Notes: generated from the letters alone by a model not told the origin. 64,000 nucleotides of DNA from an uncultured delta proteobacterium (GCA_963778115.1 CAVZSV010000004.1:1504001-1568000); one strand, 5' to 3'; positions 19,473-30,435 are shown, numbered from the stretch's first letter. Program-made: numbers and translations.

Positions 19473-21104
19473 CTATTTCTTGACGGCAAACGATGTTCCC
19501 GGTATGCAGCAGATTTCCGGGACTTCCGTATTCCGAAGTACAGACAAAAGACTGGGAATCCGAGAAAGGGTTTCACACTGACCAATTGCCCCGGAGGCGT
19601 TTGCTTTAGAAAAGATTTGAACGAAGTCGAACTTATCAGCATCTCGGTCGGTCAGATAGGCGACATAGACCGGATACTTTTCATTAGCCTTAAAGACCTC
19701 ATGTACAAGCTCGTCGCCGAGCAAGAAGCGATTCGTCCGGTTGGGATTTATACCACAGGTTCTTGCCGCTTTTAGAATTCGCTCCTTCGATTTCTCAAAA
19801 TGAAACGGAGAGAACGAATAAATAGTCGAAGGCAGGTAACCTCCGGTAAGCCATTCCTCAATCTGTGGCATCGTGCGACCAGCTAGTCTAGCCTCACTCA
19901 AAATTGCGGCAATTAGGATAAGTGCGCTAATTGTCTGTTTCAAATATTCGGGCATTCCTTTCAATTCGGGCTTCTCACATAAAATCAGAGCCAAAATCCA
20001 AGTCTGAGCAATCAGCGCTCCTCTATAAAACGGGGGAGCCGGTGCGAAGAAGACAAAGGCTAATCCCGATAGGAGTAGGGCCATCGACAATAGGTTGCGC
20101 GTCGAAAAGCGGCGGGAACGGCAATCTCTAGCGAATGCCCTCACCCCAAGTGCGGTAGTTGCCAGCATCAATCCTATGATGAAATAGCGGATCACCACGT
20201 TAAAAAGGGTATCGTCCCAGAAAGACACGTTAGGGGTAGCAATCCACGGACGAATATATTTGGGGGAAAATGCACAAGGTCCAAATGGAGTTTCCCCTTC
20301 GTGCGAGGCCAAGAACGGTTCAAGCCATTTTGTGGGGTTCGACCGCACCTTAAACTCGACACCGAGAACTTTCTCAAATGTCGAATCATTCGAACAAGAG
20401 AGACTTTCGTAAGCGTAATGCATTGTCGAGCATATCATTACGAAACAAAATAGAGCTGTTATCGCTTGGGCCAAACGGGATCGGATACTCTTAAAGATCA
20501 CAACCAAGAGCAAGGGAGTGAACAGTACAAATTCCGCATGATGCTGAAGTAGAAACATAGCCAGGCCAATAATCAACAACGCCGCTTGCCAGGAGTTTTT
20601 GCGCGGATAAATGCCACAAAGGGAAAGAAAAATAACCCCGATAGCTTCGGTCTGATCAGGACGATTCAAGCCTTGAATTAGCGGCAACGTACCCATCGCT
20701 AATGGGGCAACGATCGATAAGCTAAATAGCATCCATGAGCGGTCAGGATCTAACCGACGAATTAATATAAGAGCTAGTCCGATCCACAATAGAGCACTTA
20801 GTACTCCGAGCCATTTTATTACCCAGGGATGGGAAAATTGGTAGATTGCCGCGTACCACCCTGAAGCGAGGATTGCGGCGGGAGCCGTGAAGAGGTCCGC
20901 GTTCCCGAGAAACTCCCTTTCACATTGGGGATACGTAGAGATCTGAATCCCTTTGTCTTGAATCAAACGATCGCGCGTGGCTTTCCAAACAATTTCATCC
21001 GTATAGACAGGAGTAAGAAGACCCGTAAGCGTCAGTAGAAACAAACCGAGCGCGGCCGCTATCGCTAAGGAAATTATTATTTTGACCGCTAGTTGTCTCG
21101 GCAC
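19473..21104 (-). CDS. Polytopic membrane protein, GT-C-like
   Basis: VYTDE after TM1, NRPD, many TM segments, Cys-containing C-terminal domain. Confidence 0.5.
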   Translation of the reverse strand: MPRQLAVKIIISLAIAAALGLFLLTLTGLLTPVYTDEIVWKATRDRLIQDKGIQISTYPQCEREFLGNADLFTAPAAILASGWYAAIYQFSHPWVIKWLGVLSALLWIGLALILIRRLDPDRSWMLFSLSIVAPLAMGTLPLIQGLNRPDQTEAIGVIFLSLCGIYPRKNSWQAALLIIGLAMFLLQHHAEFVLFTPLLLVVIFKSIRSRLAQAITALFCFVMICSTMHYAYESLSCSNDSTFEKVLGVEFKVRSNPTKWLEPFLASHEGETPFGPCAFSPKYIRPWIATPNVSFWDDTLFNVVIRYFIIGLMLATTALGVRAFARDCRSRRFSTRNLLSMALLLSGLAFVFFAPAPPFYRGALIAQTWILALILCEKPELKGMPEYLKQTISALILIAAILSEARLAGRTMPQIEEWLTGGYLPSTIYSFSPFHFEKSKERILKAARTCGINPNRTNRFLLGDELVHEVFKANEKYPVYVAYLTDRDADKFDFVQIFSKANASGAIGQCETLSRIPSLLSVLRNTEVPEICCIPGTSFAVKK

Positions 21105-21275
21105 CAGTTCACATTCTTCTGCTTAATAATAGCCCCACGTCATCCGAACAGAAGATGACCAGGAGCAATGCGTCATTTCTTGAATACCGCTAAGGAGATC
21201 CCGTCGCCAATCATAGGATATAATAAGTCCCGTAGCAATTAGCGCTCCTTCACTATAATCCTAGGCCAAAACAAT

Positions 21276-22445
21276 ATGAATCTCCGTCAACGGAAGAAAA
21301 TAGACCTTCTTTTGGGTGGTTCGCTCGTCGCCTTGCTAAAGCCTTTCGTGTTTCTGACAGGATTTCTTTTACGTCGCGATCACGAAAAATCGGTGCGAGG
21401 AAGAATTGTTTTTATCAAAATGCTCGGTGGTGGAAGTCTGGTGATTGCTCTCCCGGCCCTATTGGGGATTAGGAAACGATATCCCAATTCGCAAATCTCT
21501 TTGATATGCACAGCATCGATAAAACCTTTCGCGGACAGCTTAAAAATATTTGATCACATCCTTGTTATCGATGATAGCACATTAGCTAGATGTTTCTTAA
21601 CGGGACTTCTCGCGCTTAGGAAGAGTTTCGGAGCAGACACGGTTATTGATCTCGAAGTCTATAGTAGACTAACCACGGTACTCTCGGTCTTAACTTGTGC
21701 CCGCAACAGAATTGGATTTTATCTAGAATCCACCTTCTGGAGACGGCAAATCCACACCCATCTATTCTTTTTTAATCGCTTTTCGGGGAGCTATTATTTT
21801 TATGAACAGATCGCGGTCCATCTAGGAGCTATGCCTTCTAATTTTTCCGAAATTCGACAATATCTCGTTAAAGAACATGGATTATCACAGAGCAGAACCC
21901 CTCGACTCTTTCACGTTCTCACCATAGGTCCGGGATGTTCTGACCTCGCAAAAGAACGAATGCTTAGCATTGATCAATGGGCTGGCATTTTCAAAAGTAG
22001 AATCGTAAGTCCTAAGAAAGTGGTAGTCAAAATTCTTGGCAGTACTCAGGAACAGGAGTTCGCCCAATCGCTATCGCGGGTCATTCGTGAGAAATTCGGA
22101 GTCCATTGTGAAGATTTAACGGGTAGATTGACTCTCCAGGAATCTATCGAAGTCTTATGGGATAGCGATGAATATTGGGGAATCGATTCCGCTTTAGTGC
22201 ATTATGCTCGGCTCTTCGGCATAAAGACCAAGAGTTGGTGGGGGCCCACCGATCCCATGACGCTCCTAAAGCAGATAGAAGGTCTCGAAGAAGAGGTTTT
22301 TTACCAGAAGATTCCCTGTTCTCCCTGCGTACACAACGCAGAAGAGCCGCCCTGCGCAGGAAATAACCTATGCATAAAAAAGCTACTCTCTGAAGAAGAC
22401 TCTCAAATGACAGAAAAAGGAGCATACTGGATCGTTAAACAGTAA
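21276..22445 (+). CDS. Glycosyltransferase family 9 (heptosyltransferase-like)
   Basis: IKMLGGGSL..ALP, DLTGRLTL, GIDSALVHYA, WGPTDP, PCSPC. Confidence 0.85.
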   Translation: MNLRQRKKIDLLLGGSLVALLKPFVFLTGFLLRRDHEKSVRGRIVFIKMLGGGSLVIALPALLGIRKRYPNSQISLICTASIKPFADSLKIFDHILVIDDSTLARCFLTGLLALRKSFGADTVIDLEVYSRLTTVLSVLTCARNRIGFYLESTFWRRQIHTHLFFFNRFSGSYYFYEQIAVHLGAMPSNFSEIRQYLVKEHGLSQSRTPRLFHVLTIGPGCSDLAKERMLSIDQWAGIFKSRIVSPKKVVVKILGSTQEQEFAQSLSRVIREKFGVHCEDLTGRLTLQESIEVLWDSDEYWGIDSALVHYARLFGIKTKSWWGPTDPMTLLKQIEGLEEEVFYQKIPCSPCVHNAEEPPCAGNNLCIKKLLSEEDSQMTEKGAYWIVKQ

Positions 22446-22452
22446 TGGTGCA

Positions 22453-24330
22453 TTACCGTTCCATCGCTTGCAAGGCCTTGGGAATATCGATCGCAAGATA
22501 GCGACGCGAAGTGAGAGTCCCCACACTCGCCCCCTTACTAATCAAATGGAAAAAATCGAAATATTCCTGAAAACGGGGATTCCAATTGATTCTATAGTCG
22601 GCAACCTTCTTCCAATTAATGTGTTTCCAGAACTTTTGCGAGTAGATACAAGAAGTGGAGACCGATAAAGGGTTCTCCAATAACATCCAATCCATTCCGC
22701 TTTCCCTCAGAAGTCGAAGCGTTTCCTTTGCTCGTGAAAATCGAAGCGGCTTAACGGGACTAACGTTCCCAGGAATATCCAGTAGAAAAATAGAATGCTG
22801 TGTGAAATCGAGGAACACAGGATCCTCAATAGCAGCGACGACATTACTTCCCCTGGGAATTAAGGCCATTAATAGTTTTAACTCTTCTTCTCCAGAGTTA
22901 GAGGGAAAACCATGTAGGAAATCTCTTTCCCTTATTTCTTTAAAGACGGGGAGACCGGCTATTACGAAAAAGGTCATAATGCAAATTGCAGAAATCGGAA
23001 GCCATTTTCCATGAAGCCGTCCCGGTCGGGGTGAGTTGATCCTTTGAGTAAAAAAGTCATCCAATATTTTTCCTAGGCCCAACATCAGAGGCGCAAGAAT
23101 CAGTCCTTCACAATACCGAATAACATCCACAAACAAGATCTGACCGGAGAGAAACGCGAAGGCAATGAAAGTCGCTATCGAAGCGATGAATACCGCTCTA
23201 AACCCCAAATCATTCCAAAGCAGGAAAAGAAATAGCACGCCCAATGAAAGAAGGGATTGCACGCCTCCTTCTGACAAGAAAGAAATCGCTCGAGAACCTA
23301 GGGAAGATTTCACGCTTTGAAACCAAAACGTTCCAAAAGTCTGGTCGTAATTCCCATGAAAGGGGGGGAATAGGGGGGAGTGCGACGATTCGAAAAGAGC
23401 CGCTACCAGCGGAGCTGACAAGACAGCGAGCATCAACATCTGAACGCTAGTAGCTTTCCTGTTCAACTCTTTCCGATGTATCCAATAATAGACACCGAGA
23501 AAAAGACCCGACCACATAACAAAATGTGCTCGCAAGCTCGCAAAAGAGACAAGCAATAGGAAAAGTAGAAACATCGCCTTGTTATTATTAGGGCACTCAT
23601 TTTTTTCTAATTTCAAAAAGAGAAGAATAGACGCGATCATCCAAACACCAGCTGATTGGGGAGCAGTATTTATTCGCGAGTAGTCATACACTGACATCAA
23701 AAACGCCAAAGCTGGCCAGATATATTTTGTTTTCTTCCCTTCAACAGGGAAACCCAAAAGAACAAGAAGAAACAGTAATGGGACCAGCCCGTGATCCCAA
23801 ACACTCAGCTGCTTTGGACTAAAAAATATTAGGCACAGACTGTGAGCAATAGTTTGTCCCCCGTAGGAGGCTAGTCTCCTCAAGCTAAATGGCTCTATCA
23901 AAGAGCCCGTCTGCAAAAGTTTTTTGGCATAAGGGAAATAAGCTATTCCGTCATCATTAACATTAAACTCGTGGATTCCTATGGAAGAAAGGCAGAGTAA
24001 ACCGGCTAGCAGTATAGCGATGACTACCAAAGCCTTAGCAATTCCATTTTCGCACCCGCCATGTACCAACTTAAGCGGTCTGGCACAAAAACTAAGCAAC
24101 AATCCGGTAATTAGATATACCCAGTAAAAGTAGGTGAGAGGGAATGGAAGAATGGAGGTAAAGACGAAAACCAAAAAGGTCAGAAGGCTAAACCCTAGCG
24201 TGATCTGCAGCCCAAAGTAAGAGCGATGCCGCAGTAGTCGTGATTCAAGCAACGCGCCCCATCCATGCATGCCAAAGATCAAGAGAGCAAAAAACACTGC
24301 GCTCTCAAAAATGGGCAGATAGAGCTTCAT
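22453..24330 (-). CDS. Polytopic membrane protein, GT-C-like
   Basis: NDDGIAY loop, PFSLRR, SPLFPP, IRY; many TM segments. Confidence 0.5.
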   Translation of the reverse strand: MKLYLPIFESAVFFALLIFGMHGWGALLESRLLRHRSYFGLQITLGFSLLTFLVFVFTSILPFPLTYFYWVYLITGLLLSFCARPLKLVHGGCENGIAKALVVIAILLAGLLCLSSIGIHEFNVNDDGIAYFPYAKKLLQTGSLIEPFSLRRLASYGGQTIAHSLCLIFFSPKQLSVWDHGLVPLLFLLVLLGFPVEGKKTKYIWPALAFLMSVYDYSRINTAPQSAGVWMIASILLFLKLEKNECPNNNKAMFLLFLLLVSFASLRAHFVMWSGLFLGVYYWIHRKELNRKATSVQMLMLAVLSAPLVAALFESSHSPLFPPFHGNYDQTFGTFWFQSVKSSLGSRAISFLSEGGVQSLLSLGVLFLFLLWNDLGFRAVFIASIATFIAFAFLSGQILFVDVIRYCEGLILAPLMLGLGKILDDFFTQRINSPRPGRLHGKWLPISAICIMTFFVIAGLPVFKEIRERDFLHGFPSNSGEEELKLLMALIPRGSNVVAAIEDPVFLDFTQHSIFLLDIPGNVSPVKPLRFSRAKETLRLLRESGMDWMLLENPLSVSTSCIYSQKFWKHINWKKVADYRINWNPRFQEYFDFFHLISKGASVGTLTSRRYLAIDIPKALQAMER

Positions 24331-24441
24331 TAGACTAAAAGGGTCAGAGCGTTAGAGAAAGGAACCTAGAATAGCGCCTGAACAGGCATTCTCTTCAAGC
24401 TTTGTTTAAGGTATTATATTTCGGATAAGCAAGGAAAGAAA

Positions 24442-25302
24442 GTGCCTGATTTGAAAGCGAAGATCGAAGGACCTAACGATTTGAGCGACTCCTTAGCTCC
24501 CCTTTGTGGTCACGGCTCATCCTCTCTCGTATACCGCCGATCCGTTGCCACCTGCTCCTTATGCGGATCTTTTTGGGACCTGAAAAGTGCAAAGGTTACT
24601 CCCAGCTACGATGGCTCCTATCCTGAGAAAAGACGTCACTTCGATAAGGAATTAGGGCGTTGCAAACAGAGATCGCTGGAAGGATTTTTAAGACGGTCAA
24701 ATAGTTCAATCAAAAATTTGAGGGTTTGTGAAGTCGGCTTTGGAGCGGGACAGACTCTCAAGTTCTTGTCCTCGGCGGGGGCGAAGGAAGTCTTTGGGAT
24801 CGAAGCGATTCCCGAAAATATCGCTCACGCAAGAAGTTTGGGAATTCCATCGGAGCACCTCTTTCACGTTGATTCTTTGCCTCCTGTAGTTGGAAGGAAG
24901 ATAGATTTTTGGATCTTCCTGGATAGTTTTGAGCATATACCCGATCCAGCAAAGTTCATTGGATGGTTAAAGAAAAACTCATCGACTCACGCAAAAATTT
25001 TGCTGGTCGCCCCTAATGCAGAAAGCCTTAGTTCAAGATGGATGAGTAGCTGGTGGCTACACCGAATTCCCGATCATACTTTTCACTGGTCGTCCCGGGG
25101 GATAACCGGATTTCTTTCTCAACATGGTTTTTCTGAGCTTTCCGACTTTTACCCCGCTAAATTCGTAAGTCCTCAAGTGGTATTCTTACACTTCGCTATT
25201 TTTTCTAGGCTTGAACTCTTTACAAAATTAGCTAAAGCTCTGCCGAGCTTTCCTCTAAAATTCAATATTGGCGAAATGGGGAAGGTCTTCGAACTAAGGT
25301 AA
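24442..25302 (+). CDS. Class I SAM-dependent methyltransferase
   Basis: N-terminal CxxC, EVGFGAG, GIE, DSFEHIPDP, APN, PDH. Confidence 0.8.
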   Translation: MPDLKAKIEGPNDLSDSLAPLCGHGSSSLVYRRSVATCSLCGSFWDLKSAKVTPSYDGSYPEKRRHFDKELGRCKQRSLEGFLRRSNSSIKNLRVCEVGFGAGQTLKFLSSAGAKEVFGIEAIPENIAHARSLGIPSEHLFHVDSLPPVVGRKIDFWIFLDSFEHIPDPAKFIGWLKKNSSTHAKILLVAPNAESLSSRWMSSWWLHRIPDHTFHWSSRGITGFLSQHGFSELSDFYPAKFVSPQVVFLHFAIFSRLELFTKLAKALPSFPLKFNIGEMGKVFELR

Positions 25303-25803
25303 ACCTCCGAGCCAAAGACTGTAGTCTTTTCAAAAACTGTCCAAATCCTATTCGTTTCGTACCATCTCACGAGGCGATTCGCCTTGAATTTGGATCGCAT
25401 TCTAGAGGTATTCAACGACAACAATCGCTTCGCCTGAGTGAAATTAGAAAGTTCTCAGGCTAATCCCATTTCTTCGCCTTCCTCGTGAATGCCTCGCGGA
25501 GCGAAAATTGTCACTACACATGTGATAGGTATTATCACGTACACAGCACGTAATCAGTGAAATGGTGTGAAGCCTGGAAGCGAATACACCTTTCGTCGCC
25601 AATGGTACGGACTTTGCTCTGATATCCACCTGATCGCTATTGATCCAAGGGTTGGTTTGTTCGGATTGATAGCCTTAAAAGTGGAGATGGAACGTTGCAG
25701 GACCTGATTGGAATCGATGCCACTCGCGAAGATTCAAATCCTCAACTAATCCTTCTTTCTTTTAATGAACTATTTTGTGACACGTGTGCTTAGTTCGAGG
25801 TGA

Positions 25804-27249
25804 GTGATGTCGTTGAGCAGAATCTTAGTCGTAGATGATGAAGAAAGCATTCGAGAGTTTTTCGAGATCATGCTGAAGCGGGAAGGCTATGAAGTCATCA
25901 CCGCTTCGAATGGTCGCGAGGGGCTTGAAAGGCTAAAAAGCCACCAAGTCGATCTCGTCATTAGTGATATCCAAATGCCGGAAGTCTCCGGAATGGAGTT
26001 CTTAGCCAAAGTAAAAGAGCTCGATTCGGAAATGGTGATGATCATGATCACCGCATTCGGTTCCACGGAAACCGCCGTCGAAGCCATGAAGCTCGGCGCT
26101 TATGATTACGTTCAAAAGCCTTTCAAGATTGAAGAAGTTAAAATAATTATCCGCCAAGCCCTTGAGCGTCGTTCTCTGAAGATGGAAAACGCTCAACTCA
26201 AAAAGGAGCTGGGCACCAAATACGCTTTCGACAATATCATTGGTGGCGCTCCTCCCATGTTGCGCATCTATGAAATGGTCAAACGAGTTGCTAATACCAA
26301 GAGCTCGGTTTTGATAACCGGAGAGAGCGGAACCGGTAAAGAATTGATCGCCCGCGCGGTCCATTACAATGGCCCTCTGAAGGACAAACCCTTTGTAACG
26401 GTAAACTGCGGTGCCATCCCAGAAAATTTGATGGAAAGTGAAATGTTTGGACATAAGAAAGGTTCCTTTACCGGCGCCATCGCCGATAAAAAAGGACTTT
26501 TCGAAGTTGCTAACGGGGGAACTATTTTCCTCGATGAATTAGGCGAACTTCCTCTTACCATGCAAGTAAAGCTCCTTCGAGTTATTCAAGAAGGAACTTT
26601 TAAGCGCGTCGGCGGAACCGAAGATATTCATGTGGATGTTCGAATCATTTCCGCAACGAATAAGAACCTGGATGCTGAAGTAAAATCAGGCCGGTTCCGA
26701 GAAGACCTTTTTTATCGCTTGAATGTCATTCAAGTCCATTGTCCTCCCCTTCGCGAGCGTCGGGAAGATATCCCAATGCTAGCCAATCACTTCTTGGAGA
26801 AATTCTCCAAGGCGTTGGGTATCAATGTTAAACGAGTGAGCAACGAAGCGATGGATGTGCTCAAACGTTATCACTATCCTGGTAACGTTCGAGAGCTAGA
26901 GAACATCGTGGAACGCACGGTCGCCCTGGAGCCAGGACCGGCTATCCTTCCGGAAAGTTTGCCTCGTCACCTGATGGAAAATAACCAGCAGCCTGTTGGC
27001 CAGCTGGATGCCAACAAGATTGAGATCGACGAGCAAACAGGAATCGATCTTGAGAAATTGGTCGCCGATTTCGAACGCACCCTACTTACCAAAGCCCTTC
27101 AACAGACGGGTGGAGTTAAGAAGCGCGCCGCAAAGCTTCTCAAAATCAGCTTCCGTAGCATGCGCTACCGCGTTGACAAGTATGCTCTAGGCAATCTGAG
27201 TGTTGATGACGACGAAGAAGATTCACTCGAAGAAGCCGGGAACGCGTAA
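25804..27249 (+). CDS. pilR: sigma54-dependent response regulator, PilR/NtrC family
   Basis: REC domain (VVDDE, SDIQMP), GESGTGKE, GSFTGA, FLDE, PGNVREL, SFRSMRYR HTH typical of PilR. Confidence 0.75.
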   Translation: MMSLSRILVVDDEESIREFFEIMLKREGYEVITASNGREGLERLKSHQVDLVISDIQMPEVSGMEFLAKVKELDSEMVMIMITAFGSTETAVEAMKLGAYDYVQKPFKIEEVKIIIRQALERRSLKMENAQLKKELGTKYAFDNIIGGAPPMLRIYEMVKRVANTKSSVLITGESGTGKELIARAVHYNGPLKDKPFVTVNCGAIPENLMESEMFGHKKGSFTGAIADKKGLFEVANGGTIFLDELGELPLTMQVKLLRVIQEGTFKRVGGTEDIHVDVRIISATNKNLDAEVKSGRFREDLFYRLNVIQVHCPPLRERREDIPMLANHFLEKFSKALGINVKRVSNEAMDVLKRYHYPGNVRELENIVERTVALEPGPAILPESLPRHLMENNQQPVGQLDANKIEIDEQTGIDLEKLVADFERTLLTKALQQTGGVKKRAAKLLKISFRSMRYRVDKYALGNLSVDDDEEDSLEEAGNA

Positions 27250-27407
27250 CGTAAAAATAATAAGGATCGCCCATGGGGCGTCATCTACCCGAACCACCCT
27301 CCCCCTCCCAACCTGGTTGGTAAGGGGGGAAGCATTTTTCGTTCCAACGGTGAAAGAATTTTACTTTTTTATCGTCGATAAAATCGTTTTTAATCAGAGT
27401 AATTCCC

Positions 27408-27971
27408 TTGCCCCATTGCTGTTATGTGATAAAACTTTTTACGGGTTACGCATCGCAACCTGGCTTGTTCGGCGAATTAGAGAGTAATTCTCATGGTGGA
27501 GAGTTTAATGTTAGGAAAAGAAAAGTCGCGCGCTCCATTGGAGTTAAGCGTTCTAATCATGTCGTATTAAAGTCCTCGAAAGCCGTCGGAAAGAATTCCT
27601 TTCTTCAGAAAGAACATTCTAGATTTATTCGAAGAGCACTCCCTCTGTTGGCCAAGAAGTTTGGTGTGATTGTTTAGGAGTGGGCCAATAGTGGAAAACA
27701 CATTCACCTCCTAATAAGGCCTCGCTCCAGAGAAGCCTTCAAAGGATTTGTCTCAGCATTATCTGGAAGAGTAGCTCAGCAAGTTACAGGGGCTAGAAAA
27801 GGAAGTCCTTCGTCAGAGAAGTTTTTTGATGCTATCCCCTTTAGCCGTATCGTAACTTGGGGAAGAGACTTCAAAAACGTCTGCGATTACATTGTCCAAA
27901 ACACTCTGGAAGCAGCAGGGTTAATTCAGTTCACGCCTCGGAAAATGAGACCTCCGCCAAAACTGAAGTGA
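27408..27971 (+). pseudogene. Y1 HUH (IS200-like/RAYT) transposase with one internal stop
   Basis: HGG...HVVLKS...FGVIV*EWANSGKHIHLL...FSRIVTWGRDF..VCDYIVQN in one frame; TAG at 27675-27677, final TGA at 27969-27971; start uncertain. Confidence 0.75.
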
Positions 27972-28053
27972 AGCCTAGGCCCGTCCTTCCCCGTCCACGG
28001 GGTTCGGGGGCTTACGTTCCTTGGGCTAGGGTGTCGTAAGAGGGCGCTCCTTT

Positions 28054-29445
28054 TTATTTCGGCTGTCTATATTTCTTAGCGTAGCCCTCTTTGGTCGTCT
28101 GTCGCCCCCGACTCACTACTAAGGAGTCGGGAGGAACATCCTCCGTCACCGTAGATCCCGAAGCAACGTAACTTCCTGATCCTATTTTAACGGGTGCTAC
28201 CGTTTGGGAATCGCTTCCTACAAATACGTTATCTCCGATGATGGTCTTATGTTTCTTTGGCCCACCATCGTAGTTACAAGTGATAAACCCACAACCAAGA
28301 TTTACGTCAGCCCCTATTTCAGCATCTCCTACGTAACTTAGATGCGAGGCTTTGGAACCTTTACCCATTCGGCTTTTCTTCACCTCAACAAAATTTCCTA
28401 TTTTGACGCCACTATCTAAAATCGATTCTGGACGAAGGTGGGCATAAGGCCCCACGGAGGATTCCGAACCTATTTCGCTCTTCTCCAGATAAGACCCCTG
28501 CTTTACATGAACATTGGCCTCAATTCGGGTGTCGATGATTCGGCAATTGCTCTCAATGCGACTTCCCCTGCCGATAGAAGAATTTAAAATGAAACAACCA
28601 TTCTCAAGGTACGTATCTTGCTCAAAACTGCTTTGACTGTCGATCCAAGTCGACTGAGGATCGAGAAGAGTCACCCCCTTAAGCATCCACTTGCGATTAA
28701 TCTTTTCTTTGAAAGACTGTTCCACTTCATGGAGCGCTACCCTATCGTTAATGCCCGTTATTTCGGAAGCGTCCTTCAAAAGGTAAGGCGTTACTCGCTT
28801 ACCTTCAGTTGTTAGAATTCGTACTACATCGGTTAAATAAAACTCACTTTGGTTATTGTGGCTGTGTACCTTCGCCAAAGCGGGAAACAAAAGTTCTATG
28901 GAAAAGCAATAAAGACCACCGTTAATCTCCCCAATGGTCTTTTCCTCAGCGCTGCAATCGACGTCTTCACGGATTTCAGCAATCGTCTCAGAGCCTCCTC
29001 TTAAGATGCGTCCATACCCGCTGGGGTCTGTCAGATGAGCGGTGGCCACCGTACAAGCGGAACCCGTTTCGAAATGTCTCTTTAACATTCCTTCTAGGGA
29101 ACTCTTAGTCAGGCAAATAACATCCCCGCTTAATATCAACAGGGTTCCCTTTTTCCCGCGAAACATCCCTTCGACTGCGTTCACGGCATCAGCGGTTCCG
29201 CGCTGCTTTTCTTGCCGAGCAAATTGGATGGCGGAATAGCTTTCGCAAGCTTCACGAACCTTTGATTCCCCGTGGCCCACTACTACGGTAACGCTCTGAT
29301 TGGGAATACTAAGTGCCAGATCAAGAACGTAATGAATCATGGGCCGAAAGAGAACCGGATGGACCACTTTGGGAAGTTCAGAAACCATTCGTTTGCCCTG
29401 ACCTGCAGCAAGCACTAGTACGTGCGGTGATTGAGACGCCGTCAT
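28054..29445 (-). CDS. glmU: Bifunctional UDP-GlcNAc pyrophosphorylase / GlcN-1-P acetyltransferase
   Basis: LAAGQGKRM, EFYLTD, GNFVEVK, HLSYVGD, NYDG. Confidence 0.96.
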   Translation of the reverse strand: MTASQSPHVLVLAAGQGKRMVSELPKVVHPVLFRPMIHYVLDLALSIPNQSVTVVVGHGESKVREACESYSAIQFARQEKQRGTADAVNAVEGMFRGKKGTLLILSGDVICLTKSSLEGMLKRHFETGSACTVATAHLTDPSGYGRILRGGSETIAEIREDVDCSAEEKTIGEINGGLYCFSIELLFPALAKVHSHNNQSEFYLTDVVRILTTEGKRVTPYLLKDASEITGINDRVALHEVEQSFKEKINRKWMLKGVTLLDPQSTWIDSQSSFEQDTYLENGCFILNSSIGRGSRIESNCRIIDTRIEANVHVKQGSYLEKSEIGSESSVGPYAHLRPESILDSGVKIGNFVEVKKSRMGKGSKASHLSYVGDAEIGADVNLGCGFITCNYDGGPKKHKTIIGDNVFVGSDSQTVAPVKIGSGSYVASGSTVTEDVPPDSLVVSRGRQTTKEGYAKKYRQPK

Positions 29446-29447
29446 CG

Positions 29448-30401
29448 TTACCCCTTCTTAACAAATGATTGGGATTCGCGAGCGATCGCGGCATCTTTTT
29501 TAATTTGAGCCGTTAGTTGCTCCACGGATGAAAATTTCATTTCGTCGCGTATCCGTTCTAAGAATTCCACTTCGATAAACTCGTCATAAATACGAGCTTG
29601 AAAATCGAGTAGATGAACCTCAATTTTTATCGGTGGGCGTTCTGAACCCGACCCCGAAAAGGTAGGCCGAATGCCAACGTTAGTAACAGAACGATACCAC
29701 TGTTCCTGCCAACGCGCTTTAGTAACGTAAACGCCATTCTTGGGAAGAACCTTTTCACTAGCGATTTGTAAATTTGCTGTGGGAAACCCTATCGTCTGCC
29801 CTCGCCCATCTCCTCGGGTCACCTGCCCCGAAACGGAATAAGGTCGTCCCAAAAGATCCCGAGCCCTGGCGACGTCACCGTCTAGGATGGCGTTTCGCAC
29901 CGCCGAACTACTGACACGGGTCCCCTTCCATTCGAAGGGCGGCAAGATTTCCAAGTGTAAACCATCTCGGTCGCACCACTGCTTTAGCAACTCGGTGTCT
30001 CCGGCGCGATCTTTGCCAAATCTGAAGTTAAATCCCACGTGGATACTCTTCGCCGCTAGCCCATCGCGTAGATAGTTTGTGTAAAAAGTTTCCGGACTGA
30101 GCTCCGCCAGGCGCTTATCGAAAGGAGCGACCAGCACGAATTCGACTCCCAGCGGCTCAAGTTGCGCCAGTTTCTCGGAGGTCGTGGTAAGACGTTCCAG
30201 CTTTTTTCCTGGCTTTAAAACTTCTACCGGATGGGGGAAAAAGGTAAGGACCGCGGGAACCAGAGAGGCTTGATTCGCATAAGCCTTCATGCCGCTTAGC
30301 AAAGCAACATGGCCTCGGTGGCAGCCATCGAAATTGCCGATGGCGACAGCAGAAGGTGAGATTTTACGCGCTATTTCCTCAAGTCGATGGAAGACTTGCA
30401 T
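29448..30401 (-). CDS. ribF: Riboflavin kinase / FAD synthetase
   Basis: GNFDGCHRGH, SSSAVR, GFPTAN, GVY, EVHLLDF. Confidence 0.96.
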   Translation of the reverse strand: MQVFHRLEEIARKISPSAVAIGNFDGCHRGHVALLSGMKAYANQASLVPAVLTFFPHPVEVLKPGKKLERLTTTSEKLAQLEPLGVEFVLVAPFDKRLAELSPETFYTNYLRDGLAAKSIHVGFNFRFGKDRAGDTELLKQWCDRDGLHLEILPPFEWKGTRVSSSAVRNAILDGDVARARDLLGRPYSVSGQVTRGDGRGQTIGFPTANLQIASEKVLPKNGVYVTKARWQEQWYRSVTNVGIRPTFSGSGSERPPIKIEVHLLDFQARIYDEFIEVEFLERIRDEMKFSSVEQLTAQIKKDAAIARESQSFVKKG

Positions 30402-30435
30402 TCAAACAGCCTATCTAGTTTTTTTAAAAAACTAT

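Noticed and set aside
25303..25803. 500-bp gap before pilR as a gene or ncRNA
   Set aside because: No convincing ORF, tRNA or strong structure found by eye; left unannotated
27675..27677. TAG read-through (pyrrolysine or recoding)
   Set aside because: TAG is used as a normal stop by several intact genes here (e.g. oppA1, oppF) and no pyl genes are seen; a nonsense mutation is simpler
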